DNA of 64,000 nucleotides from the human T2T-CHM13v2.0 reference genome, Homo sapiens, in the NCBI RefSeq assembly GCF_009914755.1, contig NC_060925.1. One strand, given 5' to 3'. This document shows positions 54,962 through 64,000 of the stretch, piece by piece (within the stretch, counting starts at the first letter, position 1; each line of letters starts with the position of its first letter). The position numbers and the translations under genes are program-made. Below the pieces are notes generated by a model. It was not told the origin of the DNA, searched no databases, and saw only the letters and a list, made by a program, of their open reading frames with translations.

Positions 54962-55185
54962 CTTCGTCTTCTTTTTTTTAGAGACAAGGTGTCACTCTGT
55001 TGCCCACACTGAAGTGTGGAGTGCAGTGGCGGAATCATGGCTCACTGCAGCCTCAACCTCCTAGGCTTACGTGATCCTCCTGCCTCAGTCTCTTGAGTAG
55101 CTGAGGCTACAGGTGTGCCACCACGCCTGGCTAATTTTTGCATTTTTTTTATAGAGACAAGATTTCACCATGTTGCCCAGGCTGG
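54962..55185 (-). mobile_element. AluJ, 5'-truncated
   Basis: ATCATGGCTCACTGCAGCCTCAACCTCC; ends at GCCCAGGCTGG; imperfect TSD CCGGATTCCTTCTT / CTGGGTTCCTTCTT. Confidence 0.88.
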
Positions 55186-56668
55186 CTGGGTTCCTTCTTG
55201 AGGAAACAATTATGAATGCAGACCGGTATTTACGTACAGGGATATTCATCATAGGGTTATTTGTAAGAGGGAAACACCAAATAGAGGAATAAAAAAAAAT
55301 TGGTATTTCTGCATAGAAGAATAATATGTAAATATAAAAATAATTTTTTAAATGTTCACTATACAGAAAATATATTTTGTATAACAAAATTGTTGATAAA
55401 GTTTAAGCTCATCCACGGGTTGGTCCTCAGAAATAACAGTGGTCATCTTTGTAGTATGATTGTAGGTTATTTTTCTCTTGTTTCTTTATGCTTTCCAAAT
55501 TTTCTACAGAGAGCATGCATTATTTTTCCAGACAGTAAAGAAGCAAACAGAAGTTTCAGCTCCAATATCACAATTCCTGTACCACTTTTCTCAATTAGTT
55601 GGGGACTCCCTATTCCCCAGCAATACCTCCATTCTGAAGATAACACTGCACTGGAATTATCCATTTCCATCTCTGCCTCCCCTGTTTGTGAGTGCCTCTG
55701 ATGACGTTTTTATGCCTTATTAAACTTTGCTTCCCCTGAACCTAGTCAGAGACTGGCACAATTGTCATTCCATCAATGTTTGCTGCCTAAGGGAGGAATG
55801 AGTGTGTGAATGAAGGAACAAAAGAATTAATTAATGAAATGGACCTGACAAAAATTATATTAAGAAAATTGTTCATTCAAAATAATCAGTGACAATAAAA
55901 AGTGATGTTCCATTTGGATTCATAAAAGATACAAGAAGATGGAAAGCAGGGAGGCAGCAATTTTTCAGAGCAGTCAGTAAAACAAAAAAAAAAAGATCTT
56001 ATGGTTAAAAATATACACACACACAAAGTCAATATAATAAAATATCACAGCCTAGTGATTTTCCAATGTATTCCAAGACCAAGAATCTGTTTAAGGCAGG
56101 AATATTTATCTAGTAACAATATCCCATTATAACAACTCAGTTATTTTACACATTTGGAGTTACATATATATAAACTAAGTAGAGATTTGTTACTAGTTTT
56201 AATCAGAAATGAATGGTCGACTCCCTGTTCAAGGGAAAAAAAGTTACAGGATAGATTATTGTAGTGCTTTTTAGAAATTCAATTTAGTCTACTCATAAAA
56301 CTAGTGATATATAGCCAGGATATTAATATACAGTTATATTTTTCTGGAGGTAGACCTGGTTTAAATCCCATTTTTGTCCTTTAAGAGTTAGGTAACTTTG
56401 AACAATTTATTTGACCTCTCTAAGCCTCAGTTTTCTTATATATAAAGTGGGATAATAAGTCTAACCTGACGGGTTTATTGTAGAAAACAAACAAACAAAA
56501 AATGACAGAAAGCCTGGAATTCAAAACAGGCTTAAAGTTCATGTCTTTTTACATAAAGACCTGGAGCTCTTAAACACACATCAATCTTCCTTTATATTAT
56601 ATGCCATAAAGTATGCTAAGCAATATACAAATATTTTCTCATTTAATCCTCCTCATATTTGTTGTTAG

Positions 56669-57393
56669 TGAAACCATCTTTGCAAAAATCATATCAGTGC
56701 GAAAATTACGGCAGTGAGGGTGATCTGACCTGACCAAATCTCTTCTTGCCTTTAGTCTTCAAGCTGCCCTTCATTATTTCTGGGCTTAAACCAAGGTAAC
56801 TTTGGGAGAAATTTAATTTATAGTTTAAATGATAATAGCCTTCCCAAAACCCAACCACCTTTGTAAAGCTAATGAGAAACCAGAAGGCTAGGAGGATAGA
56901 GAAACCTGAATTTTGCTAAGGTGTAGACAAATAATTGCCAGCTATTATTCAAAGTTCACAACATATGCAATTTCCCCAGTTACTCCTGCAGATAACATCA
57001 CTATTGCAGAACCTAAGATTGGCCTTTTGAAATATCTTTTCAGGTTTTTTGCACGTCTGATGACCTATGGCTCCACCTGGACCCAACAACCATGCCTGTG
57101 ACCTCACCTGTGACCAGCACTACAGAAGGACCATTTCTCACACCCATATGATTGCACCCCCAATCAATCAGCAGCAAACACCCATTGCTCTATCCACTCC
57201 CACCCCTTCCCCCAAACTACCTTTGAAAAATCCTACCCCAAAATGCTCTAGCAGGCTGATTTGAGTCAGAATAAAATACCAGTCTTCCGTTAGCTGGCTC
57301 TACGTGTAAAAATCTCTCTATTGCAATTCCCCTGCCTTGATAAATTGGCTTCATCTGGGCAGCATGCAAGAATGTAATCATTGGGTGGTTACA
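56669..57393 (+). mobile_element. LTR8-family (LTR8A/B-like) ERV1 solo LTR
   Basis: TGAAACCATCTTTGCAAAA...GGGTGGTTACA; 725 bp; AATAAA near 57270; perfect 4-bp TSD TTAG at 56665-56668 and 57394-57397. Confidence 0.88.
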
Positions 57394-57479
57394 TTAGGAG
57401 GTCCTGTTTTCTACTTTATAATCCTTCTGATTTCTGTAAAATTGGAAGAAACGTCCCCTCTTTCATTTCTTATTTTAGT

Positions 57480-57653
57480 TATTTAATTCTTCTCTCATTT
57501 TTTCTTAATGTAGCTAAAGATTTGTAAATTTTGATCTTTTTAAAGAACCAACTCTGTTTCATTTATTTTCTCTGTTGCTTTTGCATTCTCCATTTTATCT
57601 TATGTTTCCACTTTAAATAAGAGAAAATTGATGCTCACTATTAAACACTTAAT
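57480..57653 (+). repeat. Source copy of a ~173-bp local direct duplication
   Basis: Aligns to 59467-59639 at about 90-93% by eye. Confidence 0.92.
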
Positions 57654-58385
57654 GAGTGTCTGAGCCAAGATTCAAACCCAGAATGTCTGGTTCCAAAGCC
57701 TAATCTCATTAACTATTATGAAAAGAAGGCACTGAATCTGGGTTTGGACACAGGCTCTGACTCACACAAAGTTCAGTTTACAATTTTACCTTGTTGCATT
57801 TTATTATTTGGAATGCAAAGACTTGAATTTTATTCCCTCTTAAGTCACACTTAAGTGCCTCCTACTTATTTTCTTATTAAATATTTCAAGCATGAACCTG
57901 AATATAGACATAATTATAACAAAAACTTATGTACTGATACCAGCTTGGTCAGATATTATCATTCTGTCATATTTGTTTCAGACCTTTTTTAATATAAAAC
58001 ATTGTAGAAATAAGCAAACCCTCCCATGAATTTCTTCCCAATTCCACAAAGATAACGACTCTCCTAAATTTCCATACATATTTTTCTGTTCTAATACATA
58101 GTTGTATTCATAAACAATATATGTTACTGGTTTGCATGTTTTAAAACTTTGTTTAGATGGTATCCTAACGTAGGTATCCATTTAAAGCCTATTTTTTCTA
58201 ATATTATATTTTCAAGATTTTGTCCATTAGACATAATTTTTTTAACATGTAGATAGTATTTTATCACGTGTTTATATTTTAGCCTAATGATCCATATTTG
58301 ATGCATATTTGGGCAGTTTCCAAATTTTGCTAACACAAATAATGTTGCAATGGACAATGTATACTCCTTGGGTACCTATGTGTGA

Positions 58386-58737
<352 letters not shown>

Positions 58738-59466
58738 TATTAGATATTGCTCTACAAAGTGACAGCAGCATTTATACCAATCTGGCGTTAGTTCACACTG
58801 TTACCAGCATTTGGTATTGTCAGATCAGATTTAAACATTTTTCCAATTTGATAGATATAAAATATCTTATTGTGTTTTAGCATGTATTTCTCTACATGCT
58901 AAAATACAATAGTGAGATAGAACATTCTTTTGTAGTTTATTTAATTGGCCATTTAGGTTTTCCCTTCAGTGATTTGCTTTTTCATATGTCCATTTTTCTA
59001 TTGGGTTGTTATAGAAGGGAGACAACACACACCAAAAATAAATAAATAAATAAACATTAAAGAGAGAGTAAAACACCTAGTATGTCAGATGGTCACATGT
59101 GCCATGGAAAAACTGGAAGCAGAAAAGGGAAAAAAAGAGTGCTGAGGATGGGAGTTCCATTTTAAAGGAGGTAGTTAGGGAAGACCTCACCAGAAGGCGA
59201 CATTTAGTAAAGTCCTAAAACAGGTGTGGTCACAAGTTATAGGAAGAGGACCCTAAGTAGAGGAAAGATCAAAATGGTAAAGTGATAATATTTGACTAAG
59301 ATATGTGGTGGTATATAGGGGTTTGTTATAATTATGTTCTATACTAAATTTGTTTGCTTTCAATACCAACTCTTATGTGGGTATATATGTTGAAAATATT
59401 TTTCCTATGTGAACATTTTGTTTAAAATGACATATTAAACTTCTAAAATTTTAATGTAATGAAATA

Positions 59467-59639
59467 TATTTAACTCTTCTCTCATTTTTTCTTAATCTAG
59501 CTAAAGATTTGTAAATTTTGCTCTTTTTAAATAACCAACTGTTTCATTTATTTTCTCTGTTGCTTTTGCATTCTCTATTTTTTATCTTACGTTTCCACTT
59601 AAGAAAGAGAAAATTGATGCTCAGTATTAAACACTTAAT
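59467..59639 (+). repeat. Derived copy of the ~173-bp local direct duplication
   Basis: TATTTAACTCTTCTCTCATTTT...TATTAAACACTTAAT matches 57480-57653. Confidence 0.92.
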
Positions 59640-59997
59640 TTCCTTTTACGGTAAGTGCTTCCTTTGGTTTTACTCAATAAATCCTTTCCTACACCTGAGT
59701 CATAAAGACCTATAATTACTTCTAATATTTTTAAAGTTATGCTGTTGGTACTATTTATATAATATAAAGTCAGAATTAAGTAACCTTTCTGTATAGCTAT
59801 GCTTTGTCCTGGTACCATTTATTTCTCATTTCATCATTTCTACTCTGAAATAATGCATCTGTGATGACAAAGTTTCTACTACACACAGTCTGTTTTGGGG
59901 CTGTATATTTTGTTCCACTAGTTTTCTATTCCTGTGCAAGTATTCATGCTATCTTAATTACTATAATTTTATCCCAAATTTTCATAACCAATAAGGC

Positions 59998-60312
59998 ATA
60001 TCCATCCATCCATCAATCAACTATCCATACATCCATCAACCAACTATCTACATATCCGTCCATCCATCCATTCATCCGTCCATCCAACTGTCCATCCATC
60101 CATCTATCCAACCACTCATCATACATCCAACCCATCCATCTATTCATTCTCCACCCTACATACTTCATCATCAATCATCCATCCATCTAACCATCCATCA
60201 TCCATCCATCCATTCATCCTCCACTCTCCAGTCTTCATCATCAATCATCCATCCGTCCAACCTTCATCATTCATACATCCACCCATCTATCCTTCCATCC
60301 ACCCATACATCA
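59998..60312. repeat. Degenerate (CCAT)n simple repeat at an L2 tail
   Basis: About 310 bp of ATCC/CATC units, followed by a minus-strand L2 3' end (AAATATTTGTTGA, about 60320-60530). Confidence 0.9.
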
Positions 60313-60752
60313 TTATACTTCATAAATATTTGTTGACAGTCTAACTGTACCAAACACTGATTTGAACACTGGGGATTTAATAACAAACTAGACTTACATT
60401 CCTACCCTTACGGAACTTGCATTCCAGGGGACAGAGAAAGACAATAAACAACTAAATAATTGAATATAGAGTGTGTCAGATGGCGATAAGTGCCACGGAG
60501 AAACATGAAACAGGGAAAGGGGATCTGGCACACGTTAGTGGCTGAAATAATACACAAACTACAAATATAGTGGAACAAAAAGTAACTTTTGTAAAATATA
60601 CAATAGAAATTTAGAGTTTGGAGAAAAATTTAAAATGCTCATATTTGGGATCTAGCATTGTTTAACAACTTTTGTTGAAGAACCTCTACCCCTAATGAGG
60701 TAAAAAATTTAACCAGTTCTTTCCAAGCTGTGACTACATAGGAAAGTCTGTT

Positions 60753-61112
60753 TTCAATGGTCTGAATGTTTGTGACTCTCCACCCCTGCTAAATTCATAT
60801 ACTGAAATTGGAACCCCCAATATGACGGTCTTAGGAGGTGGGGACTTTAGGAGGTGATTAGGTCATGAGGGTGGAGCCTTCATGAATGGAATTAGTGCCC
60901 TTATACAAGGTACTACAGAGAGTTCTCTCACTCTTTTTCTGCTGTGTGAGGATACAAGAAGTTGGCTGTCGGAAACCCAGAAGTGGGCCCTCACCAGAAC
61001 CCAGCCATGGTGCCACCCTGGTCTCAGACTTCCAGCCTCCAGAACTGTGAGAGGTAAGTGCTGTTGTTTAAGCCATGATATTCTGTTCCAGCTGCCTGAA
61101 CTGCCTAAGACA
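60753..61112 (+). mobile_element. MLT1A0-like MaLR solo LTR
   Basis: ATGGTCTGAATGTTTGTG...GATTAGGTCATGAGGGTGGAGCC...GACTTCCAGCCTCCAGAACTGTGAG...CTAAGACA; near-TSD CTGTT/CTATT. Confidence 0.88.
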
Positions 61113-61158
61113 CTATTTTAGTCACCTCAAGGAGAGGTCTGAGTACACACACATTCTA

Positions 61159-61296
61159 TTAGGTTGGTGCAAAAGTAATTGTGTGTGTGTGTGTGTTTTT
61201 GTGCTCGCTTTGGCAACACATATACTAAAAGAGTAATTGTGGTTTTTGTAATTATGTTTCATGGCAATAACTGCAATTAGGTTTGCAACAACCTAA
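61159..61296. mobile_element. MADE1 (Hsmar1-derived MITE) interrupted by a U6 fragment
   Basis: TIRs TTAGGTTGGTGCAAAAGTAATTG / CAATTAGGTTTGCAACAACCTAA; TA on both flanks. Confidence 0.92.
61201..61230 (+). pseudogene. 3'-truncated (tailless) U6 snRNA retropseudogene, nt 1-30
   Basis: GTGCTCGCTTTGGCAACACATATACTAAAA matches 28/30 of the U6 5' end (GTGCTCGCTTCGGCAGCACATATACTAAAA); flanked by duplicated AGTAATTGTG...GTTTTT. Confidence 0.9.
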
Positions 61297-61639
61297 TATT
61301 TGGTCTTTTATTGTGATCTTACACATGACATAGGTCTTGGACCAGAATGTGACTGCAGTTTGTTAGCTGAGAGGGTCTGGAAGCCTAGAAAAGTTTCTGC
61401 TTCTAGATCTTGGAATAAGCCCAAAGTTCTCAAGCACAGCTCCCAAAAAACCACAGAAATAAGCTGTTCATAGGTACTACAGAGTAAACGTTTTAATAAG
61501 CACTATGTTTGCTATCTTTCCAATCACAGAGTAAAAAAAGACAATAGATAGTTGCTTTTTATTTGTTTGTTTTACCCTAGTTTTTACATCTTTGTTGGTT
61601 TTGATTACTACTTTCTATGAAAATTTAGTATATTTTCTT

Positions 61640-61810
61640 AATAACATGTGAGCTCTGTGTGATTCTGGACAAGTTATTTCCCCTTTCTAAAGTTTAGTTT
61701 CCTCCTTTAAAATGGGAGTGTATATAATTGCAGGTTTGTTGTAACATTAAGTACTACTTTGAAAGACCTTAGTATACTGACTAGTGTGTGATAGGCATGG
61801 AATGAATGGC
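61640..61810 (+). mobile_element. MIR SINE
   Basis: CTGTGTGATTCTGGACAAGTTATTTCCCCTTTCTAAAGTTTAGTTTCCTCCTTTAAAATGGGA. Confidence 0.75.
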
Positions 61811-63097
61811 AGGCCTTATAATTAGGCTTATTATACAAACAATTATATGTATTTGCAAAAGATCTCCAAGACATCTCCATGCTCTGGCACCTGCCTGGGC
61901 TTAGAACCCCAGCATCTCTGAGGCCTGGTCCTGTCTGAGCCACATAGAGAGTGAGTGTATAAATTAAGACCACAAATCTCAATTCTGGCCCTACCACTTA
62001 ATAATCATCAACACATGAGGACTGCCTGTGTCCCAATGAGAGCCACCATATGTAAACAGCATCATATTAGGGTTACCTCATCTGCATATCCCCAAGAACT
62101 CTACAGCTGTTGGATGAGGGTAGCAGAGCCAGCATGTACACAAATTATATCTAATATTCTAATTTGCATACATTCAATCATAGCAAAGGTGTGAGCAGTA
62201 AAACCCCTAGGGGAACCAATCACAGTACGGAGTTCCCCATTGCAGAATGTGAGGATCCTGAGCTTTCTTAGCTCCCATTGCAGGGTGTCACTGACCCTCC
62301 TCCTTTCTAATGTTCCAGCCAGTTCCCAGACAGAGATTTGGAACTTGATTTGACAAGAACAGTCATGTTGCATCTAATCTGCAGTGACAATTTAGCAGCA
62401 GACAGGACAGTGACAGCATTCATATCTGCAAGGCAGCTAGTAGACAAGTGGAGGCATCTAGAAGTTAGTTTGACATCTAGATGAAATTATTCTAACTTCA
62501 GAACTTTAGAATATGGAGACCCTTTACCTCCACCCCAAAAGAATACGTTCATGTGTGTAGTGGCATTAGTAAGTAAGAAAATTTAATCAAGAGAAGTTCA
62601 AAACTTTTATGTTAGATCCTCCTTTGCTATGTTGAATCACTCTATAATAAATATGAATAACTGAAAAAAGTTGTCTCTGGTTGGGTTCTGCTGATTACAT
62701 CAAAGACAGCAGATGAATATAATATAGTTCATAAATCTTCGACCCCTAGTAGCTTTGACAGATTGATTCATTTACCAAGTCATCCATCCATCCTTCCTTT
62801 TCTTCAACAAATGTTTACTGAGCCCCTCTTATATTCCAGACATGGTTCTAGACCTTGGTGACATACTAGTGTTCATGGTCAAATGAGTACAGAGAAGTAA
62901 ACAATGACAAGGATAGAGATAAGTACTGGCTGTTATGAGAACACACATGGGGCCACCTTGGAGGAAAGCCCACGTACACCAAACACAACTTTGGTACTAT
63001 TTCCCTATTTGTTCCAATGACTCTGTGTTTTCCAGAACTTCTTCTACCCCTGCTTCTATGTCTTGCAATGTCCCAGTGTCTATCGTTTTTGAATTGA

Positions 63098-63738
<641 letters not shown>

Positions 63739-64000
63739 TGACTTCCAATGCTTCTATGCAGAGTTTTCCCCATTCTCTGGAAATTCTCATTTTAGGAACC
63801 TTACTTCTGTTCCCTGGGAACCCCAGTCCCATCCCTTTAAGCAATATGAAACACCCTGTCTGTGGATCAAATTCCAGGGAGACTTCTGGGCAAAAATTCT
63901 TTTGCCCCATGACCTGATATCTTTGGTCATGCCTCCTGGAGGCACAAGTCCCCACCACAGGGCCGCCTACCACATGTATCTGATGGCTGAAATTAAGGGC

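Noticed and set aside
59861-60190. 109-aa His/Pro/Ser-rich ORF
   Set aside because: Translation of L1 remnant sequence plus the (CCAT)n repeat.
61201-61230. Functional U6 gene
   Set aside because: Only 30 of ~106 nt are present, with no PSE/TATA upstream, and the fragment is flanked by a TSD.

Overview
This is primate, human-like genomic DNA, not microbial. It is an intergenic or deep-intronic stretch with no protein-coding gene I can support. Nearly all listed ORFs are chance frames through Alu, LTR, L2 or simple repeats. Supported content: one full-length processed RPS20 pseudogene (minus strand, three premature stops, TSD); 14 Alu elements (J, S and Y lineages); solo LTRs (MSTA, THE1, MLT1A/A0/D, MLT2, LTR16C, LTR8); DNA transposons (MER1A, MER2, MER5, MADE1); many MIR, L2 and L1 fragments; and a tailless 30-nt U6 retrocopy. 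The most unusual structures are: a ~560-bp palindrome-built 37-bp higher-order minisatellite inside an L2 (43702-44266); a U6 fragment inserted into MADE1 with a microsatellite in its TSD; a 173-bp templated duplication about 2 kb from its source; two LTRs of different families that appear to share one 5-bp target site; a ~430-bp AT-rich expansion confined to an Alu tail; and several repeat-free, motif-rich candidate enhancers. I found no evidence for a new multi-gene system. Repeat subfamily names come from recalled consensus sequences and need RepeatMasker/Dfam confirmation.
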